Positions 1 to 8,969 of a stretch of DNA of 34,486 nt are shown here, one piece after another. The stretch is from Vulcanococcus sp. (lineage in GTDB: Bacteria > Cyanobacteriota > Cyanobacteriia > PCC-6307 > Cyanobiaceae). The stretch covers positions 1-34,486 of the forward strand of contig JBIIQU010000001.1 of NCBI GenBank assembly GCA_044341905.1, read 5' to 3'. Position numbers and translations under genes: made by a program. A model generated the notes under the pieces. The model was not told the DNA's origin, made no database searches, and saw only the letters and a program-made list of their open reading frames with translations. Within the stretch, counting starts at the first letter, position 1; every line of letters begins with the position of its first letter.

Positions 1-674
1 GGTCGTTGCCTGCAGCCACCGAGATCCTGGTGATGGCGGGCCATGCCGATTCCCAGGGGATCGCGGGTTCGGGCACCGCCGGAGCTGCGGTGGCGCTGGC
101 GGGCCTGGCCCCCATGCAGCCCGGCATCACCGACGAGCTCTACTGGAACCTGGCGGTGGCCCAGGCGGTGGTGGCCCGCGGCCAGCTGCGCGGTCTCAAC
201 ATCCGCTACTACGAGCCACCCCTGCGCACGATCCACCACCAGGACGACCCGCGCACCAACTGGAGCGTGGGCCAGCGCCATGTCCGGAGTGGGGGCTACG
301 CCCTGGAGATTCACTTCGATGCCTACGGCTCGAGTGGCATCGGCTCCGGAGTGATCCCGGCCCTGCAGGGCCCTTTCACGCGGGTGGATGAAAGCCTGGC
401 CGCCGCCTTCGGGGCCTATCCCATGGGGTTCCGCGGCGGCCTGGGTGGGCCGCGCCGGGGGGTCACCCTGCTCGAGATCGGCAAGCTCGAAGGGGCCTTG
501 GAGGCCACCCTGCGGGATCCCAGCCGCCGTGAGGCGGCCATCGCCTTCATCGCCGATCGCGTTGCGCTGGCCCTGGCGGGTGGCCTGGATCAGCCGTTGG
601 TCAGCCCACCGCCCCGTGGGGTTGGCAGCGTGCCGCCAGGGAGGGGTCGCCCAGCCAGTTCTGGGGGCGGGTGA
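1..674 (+). CDS. N-acetylmuramoyl-L-alanine amidase (Amidase_3-like), probably 5'-truncated by the window edge
   Basis: Zn-amidase motifs in the expected order: ILVMAGH, DELYWN, LEIHFDA, LLEIG. The frame is open to the window start. The 3' end overlaps the convergent hemF by 74 bp. Confidence 0.7.
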   Translation, partial: SLPAATEILVMAGHADSQGIAGSGTAGAAVALAGLAPMQPGITDELYWNLAVAQAVVARGQLRGLNIRYYEPPLRTIHHQDDPRTNWSVGQRHVRSGGYALEIHFDAYGSSGIGSGVIPALQGPFTRVDESLAAAFGAYPMGFRGGLGGPRRGVTLLEIGKLEGALEATLRDPSRREAAIAFIADRVALALAGGLDQPLVSPPPRGVGSVPPGRGRPASSGGG

Positions 675-1713
675 ACAGATCCGTGAGCAGTGCCTCACGG
701 CTGCCGGCTTCAGCCTGATACCCGTACTCCCAGCGCACCAAGGGCGGCAGCGACATCAGGATCGACTCGGTGCGGCCATTGGTCTGCAGGCCGAAGATCG
801 TGCCCCGGTCGAACACCAGGTTGAACTCCACGTAGCGGCCGCGGCGGTAGAGCTGGAAGTCGCGCTCGCGGGTACCGAAGGGGGTGAACTGCCGCTTCTC
901 GGCGATGGGCAGATAGCTCGGCAGGAAGGCGTTGCCGCAGGCGGAGGCCAGCTGGAACAGCTGCTCCCAGCTCTGGTTCACGGCACCGGCGGCCTGGCTG
1001 GCGGCCGCCGCGGGGCCGTTCGGATCCTGGCCCTTGTAGAGCACGCCGCGGGGATCCTGGTAGTCGTAGAAGATCCCGCCCACACCGCGGGTTTCCTGGC
1101 GGTGCTTGAGGAAGAAATACTCATCGCACCAGGGCTTGAACACCGGGTAGTAGGCCGGGTTCACGCTGTCGCAGGCCCCCTTGAGGGTGCGGTGGAAGTG
1201 CTGGGCGTCCTCCAGGAACGGGTAGTAGGGGGTGAGGTCGGCGCCACCGCCGAACCACCACACCGGGCCCGCCTCGAAGTAGCGGTAATTGAGGTGAATG
1301 GTGGGGATATAGGGATTGCGGGGGTGCAGCACCATCGAGGTGCCGGTGGCAAACCAGCGGTGTCCCTTGGCCTCGGGCCGCTGGCTGAGGATCGACGGGG
1401 GCAATTCCGAGCCCTCCACCTCCGAGAAGTTCACACCGCCCTGCTCGAACACGCGGCCCTGCTTCATCACCCGGGAGCGGCCGCCACCGCCTTCCGGACG
1501 CACCCAGCTTTCTTCCGCGAAGCTGCCCACGCCATCGAATTGCTCGAGGCCGGCGCAGATGGAGTCCTGCAGCCCCATCAGCAGGGCCTTGGCCCGGGCC
1601 CGGGAATCGGCGGGAGGGGCCTCCAGGGCCGGCACGGCGGGCATGGCGTCGGCGCTGGCTGGGCGGAGCCCGGTCACCTTGTTCTTCGCGCGGGACAGCA
1701 GGCCCTTCAACAT
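601..1713 (-). CDS. hemF: Oxygen-dependent coproporphyrinogen III oxidase
   Basis: Motifs [73 protein letters not shown] at 1713; alternative GTG at 1722. Confidence 0.97.
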   Translation of the reverse strand: MLKGLLSRAKNKVTGLRPASADAMPAVPALEAPPADSRARAKALLMGLQDSICAGLEQFDGVGSFAEESWVRPEGGGGRSRVMKQGRVFEQGGVNFSEVEGSELPPSILSQRPEAKGHRWFATGTSMVLHPRNPYIPTIHLNYRYFEAGPVWWFGGGADLTPYYPFLEDAQHFHRTLKGACDSVNPAYYPVFKPWCDEYFFLKHRQETRGVGGIFYDYQDPRGVLYKGQDPNGPAAAASQAAGAVNQSWEQLFQLASACGNAFLPSYLPIAEKRQFTPFGTRERDFQLYRRGRYVEFNLVFDRGTIFGLQTNGRTESILMSLPPLVRWEYGYQAEAGSREALLTDLFTRPQNWLGDPSLAARCQPHGAVG

Positions 1714-1847
1714 CAACGCCACACCCCAGGGGGTGCCAGATCACGGCCTCACCTTTTCAGCCCGCGGTCCCAGCGCACAAGCTCTCGAGAGAGTTTGTCA
1801 TCACGATCATGGAATGTCTGGCCCTCAAGGTGCCAGAACAGGGCCCC

Positions 1848-1853
1848 TAGGAT
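1848..1853 (+). promoter_or_regulatory. Putative -10 element (TAGGAT) for mrp-rodA-HK
   Basis: TAnnnT hexamer 25 nt before the mrp ATG. The same hexamer lies 21 and 25 nt before cobO and the DUF1815 gene. Confidence 0.5.
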
Positions 1854-1878
1854 CCAGACCCCCGCTCAGTTCTGCCGG

Positions 1879-2997
1879 ATGGCCATCGCCGATCCAGCTC
1901 TCGCCCAGGCCCTTGCCGCGCTTGAGCCCCTCCAGGATGCCGGTAGTGGTCGCAGCCTGCTGGCACTGGAGTGGATCCAGCAGGTGCGCCTGCAGGGCAG
2001 CCGCGTGGTGTTCCGTTTGGCGCTGCCGGGCTTTGCCAACAGCCAGCGGGATCGGATCGCGGCAGAAGCCCGCACGGCGTTGCTGCAACTCAGCGGGATC
2101 GACGACGTTCAGATCGAAGTGGCGCAGCCCGCTGAAGCGGCGGCGGCCCATGCCCATAGCCATGGGGGCGCCCCCATCGGAGCCGCTGGCCACGGTGGCG
2201 GTGGTCCGGAGCGCCAGCCCGTGCCCGGGGTGAAGCAGGTGATTGCCGTGAGTAGTGGCAAGGGCGGCGTTGGCAAGAGCACCGTGGCGGTGAACCTGGC
2301 CTGCGCCCTCGCGGCCAGTGGCCTCAAGGTGGGCCTGTTGGATGCCGATATCTACGGCCCTAATGCCCCCACGATGCTCGGGGTGGCCGATCGCACCCCC
2401 GAGGTGCGGGGCAGTGGCAACGAGCAGATCCTTACCCCGATCGAGAGCTGTGGCATTGCCATGGTGTCGATGGGGCTGCTGATCGCCGAGAACCAGCCCG
2501 TGATCTGGCGTGGACCGATGCTCAACGGCATCATTCGCCAGTTCCTCTATCAAGTGGACTGGGGCGAACGGGATGTGCTCGTGGTGGATCTTCCCCCCGG
2601 CACCGGCGATGCCCAGTTGAGCCTGGCCCAGGCTGTGCCCATGGCCGGTGTGATTGTGGTCACTACTCCGCAGACCGTGTCGTTGCAGGACGCGCGGCGA
2701 GGGCTGGCCATGTTCCTGCAGATGGGCGTGCCGGTGCTGGGGGTGGTGGAGAACATGACCGCCTTCATTCCGCCCGACGCGCCCGACAAGCGCTACGAAC
2801 TGTTCGGCTCCGGTGGCGGGGCCCTGTTGGCCGAGGAGGCCGGCGTGCCGCTGCTGGCCCAGTTGCCCATGGAACTGGCGGTGGTTCAGGGCGGTGATGC
2901 GGGCCGGCCGGCGGTGCTCAGCGCCCCGGCCTCTCTCACGGCCGAGGCCTTCCGCCACTTGGCCGAGCGGGTGCTCGGCGGCGTGCCGGTGGCATGA
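1879..2997 (+). CDS. mrp: Mrp/NBP35/ApbC family Fe-S carrier ATPase
   Basis: Deviant Walker A SGKGGVGKST, LLDADIYGP, VIWRGPM, VDLPPGTGD, VTTPQ, GVVENM. The real start is MAIADP at 1879; the upstream part of ORF 388..2997 is a hemF antisense shadow. Confidence 0.95.
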   Translation: MAIADPALAQALAALEPLQDAGSGRSLLALEWIQQVRLQGSRVVFRLALPGFANSQRDRIAAEARTALLQLSGIDDVQIEVAQPAEAAAAHAHSHGGAPIGAAGHGGGGPERQPVPGVKQVIAVSSGKGGVGKSTVAVNLACALAASGLKVGLLDADIYGPNAPTMLGVADRTPEVRGSGNEQILTPIESCGIAMVSMGLLIAENQPVIWRGPMLNGIIRQFLYQVDWGERDVLVVDLPPGTGDAQLSLAQAVPMAGVIVVTTPQTVSLQDARRGLAMFLQMGVPVLGVVENMTAFIPPDAPDKRYELFGSGGGALLAEEAGVPLLAQLPMELAVVQGGDAGRPAVLSAPASLTAEAFRHLAERVLGGVPVA

Positions 2998-4277
2998 CGC
3001 TGCTCGGCCTCTGGGGCAGGCGCACCGGCATGTTCGGCAGCGGCAAGTTGCGGCGCCGCCGCTGGGTGGACGGCGTGGACAAGCTGCTCTGGTGGATTCC
3101 CCTGGCGATGATCTTCATCGCCGGAATCCTGATCGCCAGCACCCAGCGCCAGGCCGATTACGCCGATTGGTATCAGCACTGGGTCACCGCCGCCGTGGGC
3201 CTGGTGATCGCCCTGCTGCTGGCGCGGGTGCCCCTGGAGCGGATCAGCAGCTGGCAGTGGCCCATCTACGGCGCCATGGTGGCCAGCTTGGTCGCCGTGC
3301 GGATCGTGGGCGTCAGCGCCCTGGGCGCCCAGAGCTGGATCAACATCGCCGGCTTCCACGTGCAGCCCTCCGAGTTCGCCAAGGTGGCGGCGATCCTGTT
3401 ACTGGCCAGGGTGCTGTCCCGCCATCCGGTGGAGCGCCCCGTGGATCTGCTGCGGCCTGTGGCGATGATCAGCATCCCCTGGCTGCTGGTGTTTGTTCAG
3501 CCCGATCTGGGCAGCTCGCTGGTGTTCGGTGCCGTGCTGCTCGTGATGATGTTCTGGTCGGGTATGCCCGGGGCCTGGGTGATGCTCTTCATGGCACCAC
3601 TGTTCACGGCGATCCTGGCCGGTGCCTTTCCCTGGCTGCTCGTGGCCTGGATCCCCGCCATGGGCTGGTTGGCCTGGACATCCCTGCCCTGGAAACGGGT
3701 GGGCCTGGGCGTGGTGCTGGCCATGCAGGGGGCTTTTGCCGTTGGTACCCCGTGGCTGTGGAACAACTTTCTGCAGCCCCACCAGCGCGCCCGGCTCACG
3801 ATGTTTCTTGACCCATCCCAGGACCCCCTGGGCGGGGGGTATCACCTGCTGCAGAGCACCGTGGGGATTGGCTCCGGGGGGATTCTGGGTACCGGATTGA
3901 TGCAGGGCCACCTCACGCTGCTGCGCTTCATCCCCGAGCAGCACACCGATTTCATCTTCAGTGCCCTGGGCGAGGAAACCGGGTTCATCGGCTCGATGGC
4001 GGTGGTGCTGGGCTTTGTGGTGTGGATCTGGCGGTTGCTGCAGATCGCCGGAAAGGCCCGCACGGATTACGAGTCGCTGGTGGTGGTGGGGATCGGGGCG
4101 ATGGTGATGTTTCAGGTGGTGGTGAACATCAACATGACCATTGGCCTGGGGCCGATCACCGGGATTCCCTTGCCCTGGCTGAGTTATGGGCGCTCGGCCA
4201 TGTTGGTGAACTTCATCGCCCTCGGCCTGTGTGCCTCGGTGGCCCGCCGCGGCATCTCTGCCCAGGGCCGCCGCTGA
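2994..4277 (+). CDS. rodA: Rod shape-determining SEDS protein RodA
   Basis: Multi-TM protein with GAQSWI, QPSEFAK, QPDLGSS, GYHLLQS, IPEQHTDFIFS, GIPLPWLSYG. ATGA overlap with mrp. Confidence 0.93.
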   Translation: MTLLGLWGRRTGMFGSGKLRRRRWVDGVDKLLWWIPLAMIFIAGILIASTQRQADYADWYQHWVTAAVGLVIALLLARVPLERISSWQWPIYGAMVASLVAVRIVGVSALGAQSWINIAGFHVQPSEFAKVAAILLLARVLSRHPVERPVDLLRPVAMISIPWLLVFVQPDLGSSLVFGAVLLVMMFWSGMPGAWVMLFMAPLFTAILAGAFPWLLVAWIPAMGWLAWTSLPWKRVGLGVVLAMQGAFAVGTPWLWNNFLQPHQRARLTMFLDPSQDPLGGGYHLLQSTVGIGSGGILGTGLMQGHLTLLRFIPEQHTDFIFSALGEETGFIGSMAVVLGFVVWIWRLLQIAGKARTDYESLVVVGIGAMVMFQVVVNINMTIGLGPITGIPLPWLSYGRSAMLVNFIALGLCASVARRGISAQGRR

Positions 4278-5656
4278 TGGCGGCCTCAGCCAGCGGCAGC
4301 CTGGAGTCCCTGCGGCAGCTGTTGGCCGCGGGTGTCCCCGCCGGTCGCAGCGACGAGGACAGCATTCGCCGCCAGTGGTGGGCGGCCCTGGCCACCCTTC
4401 AGGAGGATTTCCTGCTGCCCTTGCAGCCCCTGCAGGGGGTGTGGCTGGCCTCGCCCCTGCCGGCCCTCTATGAACCAGCCCTGCTCGCCCAGCTGCAGGG
4501 CTGGGTGTGGGCTCCGCAGGAGCTGGGGGACCTCTTTACCCAAGCGGCTCCCCTGTTGCCCAGCTCCCGCGCCGCCAGTGCGCCGCCGGCGCGGGAGGCC
4601 CTTGGGGGCTTCAGTCGGCTGCCCTTGGAGGAGGGCGATGGCAGTGATCCCCTGCTGTTGGTGATCACCCCCCAACTGCAGGTGGCCCTGACCCTGGCGG
4701 GTCCCCCCCAGGCGCGGCAGCTGGCGGTGCGCTTCGATCCGTCCACCCTCTCGGCGGCCCTGACCCTGCTGGATGGGCGCCTGCAGCGCTGCGCTCCGCA
4801 CCAGGGCAGGCGGTTGCGGGAGGCGTTGCAGGCCCTGGGCCCGCTGCAGAGCGATGGGCAATTGGCGGAGGCGTTCTGGCCGCGGCTGGCGGAACGGCTG
4901 GCCTCCATGGCTCCCAGCGTGACCCTGCAGCCCCTGGTGCATCGCAGTGATGGCCAGGAGGCGAAGCCTGCCCCCAGCAGTGAACTGGCCCTGCTCGAGG
5001 CCCTCACCCATGAGGTGCGCACCCCCCTGGCCACCATTCGCACCCTGATTCGCTCCCTGTTGCGCCGGGCCGATCTCTCCGAGCTGGTGCGCCAGCGGTT
5101 GCAGCAGATCGACGGCGAATGCAGTGAGCAGATCGATCGCTTCGGCCTGATCTTCCACGCTGCTGAACTGCAGCGCCAACCGGGCCCGGTGCCGGCCCAG
5201 CGGCTGGCCCGCACCGACCTGGCCCAGCTGCTGCGGCAGCTTGAGCCCCTCTGCCGGCACCAGCTGGAACGCCGCGGTCTGCTGCTGGAGCTGGAGATAG
5301 CGGCGGAGCTGCCGCCCGTGCTCAGTGATCCCAGCCGCCTCGAGACCATGCTCGGTGGCTTGATCGATCGGTTCAGCCGTGGCCTGCCGGCCGGCTCGCG
5401 CGTGCTGCTCAGCCTGCAGCCGGCCGGTGCGCGGCTCAAGCTGCGACTCAGTGGGGCCGGGGATCCGGCGTTTGGAACCGTGCCGGAGGCCGGCGAGCGC
5501 CGCTCCGTGGGGCCCGTGCTCAGCTGGAATCCCGGCACCGGCAGCCTGCAGCTCAGCCGCCAGGCCACCCAGCGGCTGTTCCACAGCCTTGGCGGGCGGC
5601 TCACTGAGCGCTCGGGCAACGACCTCACGGTGTTCTTCCCCGTGGCTCCCGGCTAG
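4277..5656 (+). CDS. Sensor histidine kinase with degenerate ATPase domain (resembles cyanobacterial Hik34 type)
   Basis: H-box LTHEVRTPLATIRTL followed by IDGECSEQIDR. No clear N, G1 or G2 boxes. TGATG overlap with the rodA stop. The Hik34 assignment is from memory of the family. Confidence 0.8.
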   Translation: MAASASGSLESLRQLLAAGVPAGRSDEDSIRRQWWAALATLQEDFLLPLQPLQGVWLASPLPALYEPALLAQLQGWVWAPQELGDLFTQAAPLLPSSRAASAPPAREALGGFSRLPLEEGDGSDPLLLVITPQLQVALTLAGPPQARQLAVRFDPSTLSAALTLLDGRLQRCAPHQGRRLREALQALGPLQSDGQLAEAFWPRLAERLASMAPSVTLQPLVHRSDGQEAKPAPSSELALLEALTHEVRTPLATIRTLIRSLLRRADLSELVRQRLQQIDGECSEQIDRFGLIFHAAELQRQPGPVPAQRLARTDLAQLLRQLEPLCRHQLERRGLLLELEIAAELPPVLSDPSRLETMLGGLIDRFSRGLPAGSRVLLSLQPAGARLKLRLSGAGDPAFGTVPEAGERRSVGPVLSWNPGTGSLQLSRQATQRLFHSLGGRLTERSGNDLTVFFPVAPG

Positions 5657-5714
5657 GCGTTTGTTGACGGGTGTGAAGAGAGGGCCAGACCCGTCTGTCT
5701 GCCCCAAAACACGG

Positions 5715-5723
5715 TGCTAGCTT
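5715..5723 (+). promoter_or_regulatory. Putative extended -10 (TGcTAGCTT) of psaD
   Basis: TGn-TAnnnT ending 53 nt before the psaD ATG, in the intergenic region. Confidence 0.5.
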
Positions 5724-5776
5724 CCGAGCGAAACGGTCTGCCGATTCCCTTCTCAGGACCCTTCTCTGAAAAAGCC

Positions 5777-6199
5777 ATGGCATTGAGCGGTCAACTCCCG
5801 AAGTACATCGGCAGCACGGGCGGTCTGCTCAACGCCGCTGAAACCGAAGAGAAGTACGCCATCACCTGGACCAGCTCCAAGGTTCAGCCCTTCGAGCTTC
5901 CCACCGGTGGCGCCGCCCACATGAACGAGGGCGAAAACATCATGTACTTCGCCCGCAAGGAGCAGTGCCTGGCGCTGGGTACCCAGCTGCGCACGAAGTT
6001 CAAGCCCCGGATCGAGGACTACAAGATCTATCGGATCTTCCCCGGTGGTGACACCGAGTTCCTGCACCCCAAGGATGGTGTGTTCCCTGAGAAAGTGAAC
6101 GAAGGTCGGGTGATGGTGGGCCATAACGCCCGTCGCATCGGCCAGAACGGCAACCCTTCCAGCATCAAGTTCACCGGTAAGAACACCTTCGATTCCTGA
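5777..6199 (+). CDS. psaD: Photosystem I subunit II PsaD
   Basis: [50 protein letters not shown]. Confidence 0.99.
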   Translation: MALSGQLPKYIGSTGGLLNAAETEEKYAITWTSSKVQPFELPTGGAAHMNEGENIMYFARKEQCLALGTQLRTKFKPRIEDYKIYRIFPGGDTEFLHPKDGVFPEKVNEGRVMVGHNARRIGQNGNPSSIKFTGKNTFDS

Positions 6200-6250
6200 T
6201 CGAGCTCCGGTTGCACCCGTAGCGGCCGCAACCCAGCCAACCTCTATAAA

Positions 6251-6277
6251 GGCGGGGCCAGGCGCCCCGTTTTTTTT
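6251..6277 (+). terminator. Intrinsic terminator after psaD
   Basis: Stem GGCGGGGC / GCCCCGTT with a 5-nt loop, running into a T8 tract. Confidence 0.85.
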
Positions 6278-6294
6278 GCCTGCCCGTTGCCGTG

Positions 6295-7815
6295 ATGCCT
6301 TCCCCCGATCGCGCCACCTTTCTGGACCAGGCCGCGGCGGGCAGCACCTTCATCCCAGTGGTGCGCTGCTGGCCGGCTGATCTGGAAACTCCCCTCACCA
6401 CTTGGTTGAAGGTGGGGGCCGCCAGCGACCACGGCGTGCTGCTCGAGTCGGTGGAGGGCGGTGAGCGTATTGGCCGCTGGAGCTTTGTGGTGAGTGATCC
6501 CCTGTGGACCCTCACGGTGCGGGCGGATCAGGCGGAGCAGCGCTGGCGTGATGGTCGCTGTGACCACCATCAGGGCAACCCGTTCGATCTGCTGCGCCAG
6601 GCCCTGGCGCCCTACAGCGCTCCGCCGGTGCCAGGGCTTCCGCCGGTGGGGCAGCTGTTCGGCTTCTGGGGGTATGAATTGATCCGCTGGATTGAACCCA
6701 GCGTGTCGGTGCACCCCACAGCGTCCGATGGGCCGCCCGATGGCTGCTGGATGTTGGCCGACAGCCTGCTGGTGTTCGACCAGGTGAAGCGCCAGATCAC
6801 TGCGGTGGCCTACGCCGATCTCACGGCCGCCGCGGATCCGGCCGCGGCCTACGACGCTGCCGTGGCCCGGCTGGATGCCCTGGAGGGCCAGATGCATCAG
6901 CCCTTGCCCCCGGGTGTGACACCGCTGGACTGGCATGACAGCCCTGGCCTGGAGCTCGAGACCCGCAGCAATCGCAGCCGCGACGACTTCGAAGCGGCGG
7001 TGCTCACGGCCAAGGAGCACATCGCCGCCGGTGACGTGTTCCAGCTGGTGATCAGCCAGCGCCTGGAAACCCAGATTCAGCGCGAGCCCTTTGAGCTCTA
7101 TCGCAGCCTGCGGATGGTGAATCCCTCGCCGTACATGGCCTTCTTCAACTTCGGCGGCTGGCACCTGATTGGCTCCAGCCCTGAGGTGATGGTGAAGGCC
7201 GAACCCCTGGCCGATGGCAGTGGCCGGGTGAAGGCCTCGCTGCGGCCCATCGCCGGCACCCGGCCCCGGGGCGCCGATCCCGCGGAGGACAGGGCCCTCG
7301 AGGCCGATCTGTTGGCCGATCCCAAGGAGCGGGCCGAGCACGTGATGCTGGTGGATCTGGGCCGCAACGACCTCGGCCGTGTCTGTGAGCCCGGCACGGT
7401 GCGTGTGAGCGAGCTGATGGTGATCGAGCGCTACTCCCACGTGATGCACATCGTGAGCGAAGTGGAGGGGTTGCTGGATTCCCGGCACGATGTCTGGGAT
7501 CTGCTGATGGCCTCCTTCCCGGCGGGCACCGTGAGTGGAGCCCCCAAGATCCGGGCGATGCAGCTGATTAACCAGCTCGAGCCTGATGCCCGGGGCCCCT
7601 ATTCCGGCGTCTATGGCGCCATGGATCTGGGGGGCGCCCTGAACACCGCCATCACCATCCGCACCATGGTGGTGCTGCCCGCCGCCGATGGCAGCTGGCG
7701 GGTGCAGGTGCAGGCCGGTGCCGGCCTGGTGGCTGATTCGGTGCCAGCCTCGGAGTACCAGGAAACCCTCAACAAGGCGCGCGGCATGCTCAAGGCTCTG
7801 GCCTGCCTGCAATGA
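6295..7815 (+). CDS. trpE: Anthranilate synthase component I
   Basis: DLETP, LLESVEGGE, GDVFQLVISQR, NPSPYM, GSSPE, PIAGTRPRG, KERAEHVMLVDLGRND, FPAGTVSGAPKIRAM, QAGAGLVADS. GTG at 6292 or ATG at 6295. Confidence 0.96.
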   Translation: MPSPDRATFLDQAAAGSTFIPVVRCWPADLETPLTTWLKVGAASDHGVLLESVEGGERIGRWSFVVSDPLWTLTVRADQAEQRWRDGRCDHHQGNPFDLLRQALAPYSAPPVPGLPPVGQLFGFWGYELIRWIEPSVSVHPTASDGPPDGCWMLADSLLVFDQVKRQITAVAYADLTAAADPAAAYDAAVARLDALEGQMHQPLPPGVTPLDWHDSPGLELETRSNRSRDDFEAAVLTAKEHIAAGDVFQLVISQRLETQIQREPFELYRSLRMVNPSPYMAFFNFGGWHLIGSSPEVMVKAEPLADGSGRVKASLRPIAGTRPRGADPAEDRALEADLLADPKERAEHVMLVDLGRNDLGRVCEPGTVRVSELMVIERYSHVMHIVSEVEGLLDSRHDVWDLLMASFPAGTVSGAPKIRAMQLINQLEPDARGPYSGVYGAMDLGGALNTAITIRTMVVLPAADGSWRVQVQAGAGLVADSVPASEYQETLNKARGMLKALACLQ

Positions 7816-8969
7816 CAGGGACTCTTCTGCTCAAGGGCTTTGAGGTGGAGCTGTTCACCGGCCAGCCCGACGGGACCGTGGTGGGTTGCTCGGCTGAGGC
7901 GGCGGCGGCCCTTGAGGGCTTTGTGACCGAGCCCGATTGCCGCAATCTCGAGTACACCACGCCACCGGATGCCAGCTACCCGGCCCAGCTGGAGCTGCTG
8001 TTGGAGCCCCGCCGGCGGCTGCGGATGTGGCTGGCCCAGCGGGGGCTCACCCTGCTGCCCGGCAGCACCCTGAGCACGGGCGACAGCACCCGCTTCGAGC
8101 GCTCCAACCCCGACAACCCCTATCACGCCTACATCGAGGCCAGCTACGGCACCCGGGTGGTGACGGCCAGTGTGCACATCAACCTGGGCCTCACCGATAT
8201 GGATGCCCTGTTTGCGGCCTGCCGACTGGTGCGCTGCGAGGCGGCCCTGCTGCTGGCCCTCAGTGCCTGTTCCCCCTTTGTGGATGGCCGCGTCAGCGGC
8301 GCCCATTCCCAGCGCTGGTTGCAGTTCCCGATCACGCCCGAGCAGGTGCCCCTGTTCACCAGTCATCAGCACTACAGCCGCTGGGTGGAGCAGCAGCTGG
8401 CCCTCGGCACGATGCAGAACGTGCGCCATCTCTGGACCTCCGTGCGTCCCAATGGAGAGGACCGGCCCCACGATCTCAATCGCCTCGAGATCCGCATTTG
8501 TGATCTCATTGCCGATCCGGAGCTGTTGCTGGCGGTTACGGCCTTTGCGGAACTCCGCATCCATCAGCTCCTGCGTGACCCCGCCAGCCACGATCCGCTG
8601 CGGGCCAGTGCCCTGGATGCCGAGCAGCTGGCTGAGCTGGCCGATGCCAACGACCGCAGCGCCGCCCGCAGCAGCCTGGAAGCCCGGCTCCACCACTGGC
8701 GCACGGGGGAGCCGGTGATCGCCCGCGACTGGATTGCCGCGGAGCTCGAGGCCATGGCCCCCCTGGCGGCGGAGCTGGGCCTGCAGGGCGTTCTGGCGCC
8801 TGTGCAGCAGGTGCTCAGCCAGGGGAATCAGGCCATGCAGTGGCTGGCGGCCCATGCTGCGGGTCGCTCCGTGGCCATGTTGGTGGCCGATGGTGCGGCG
8901 GCGATGGCCGCGCTGGAGGCCAGACTGAATGCAGGCCTTGCGACAGATCGAACCGGCACTTTGGGATGA
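7812..8969 (+). CDS. gshA: Glutamate--cysteine ligase (cyanobacterial GCS2 type)
   Basis: [52 protein letters not shown] overlaps with both neighbours. Confidence 0.88.
   Translation: MTGTLLLKGFEVELFTGQPDGTVVGCSAEAAAALEGFVTEPDCRNLEYTTPPDASYPAQLELLLEPRRRLRMWLAQRGLTLLPGSTLSTGDSTRFERSNPDNPYHAYIEASYGTRVVTASVHINLGLTDMDALFAACRLVRCEAALLLALSACSPFVDGRVSGAHSQRWLQFPITPEQVPLFTSHQHYSRWVEQQLALGTMQNVRHLWTSVRPNGEDRPHDLNRLEIRICDLIADPELLLAVTAFAELRIHQLLRDPASHDPLRASALDAEQLAELADANDRSAARSSLEARLHHWRTGEPVIARDWIAAELEAMAPLAAELGLQGVLAPVQQVLSQGNQAMQWLAAHAAGRSVAMLVADGAAAMAALEARLNAGLATDRTGTLG

Noticed and set aside
388-1878. Apparent 869-aa Mrp fusion protein
   Set aside because: The N-terminal 497 codons are the stop-free antisense frame of hemF plus intergenic DNA; Mrp-like sequence begins at ATG 1879.
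6200-6292. trp attenuator upstream of trpE
   Set aside because: No leader peptide with Trp codons; the hairpin and T tract are explained as the psaD terminator.
6244-7812. Long antisense and alternate-frame ORFs (e.g. 6244-7812, 10367-11764, 19576-21174, 26636-28714, 31445-32539)
   Set aside because: They mirror well-supported genes, have no recognisable motifs, and are expected shadows in high-GC coding DNA.
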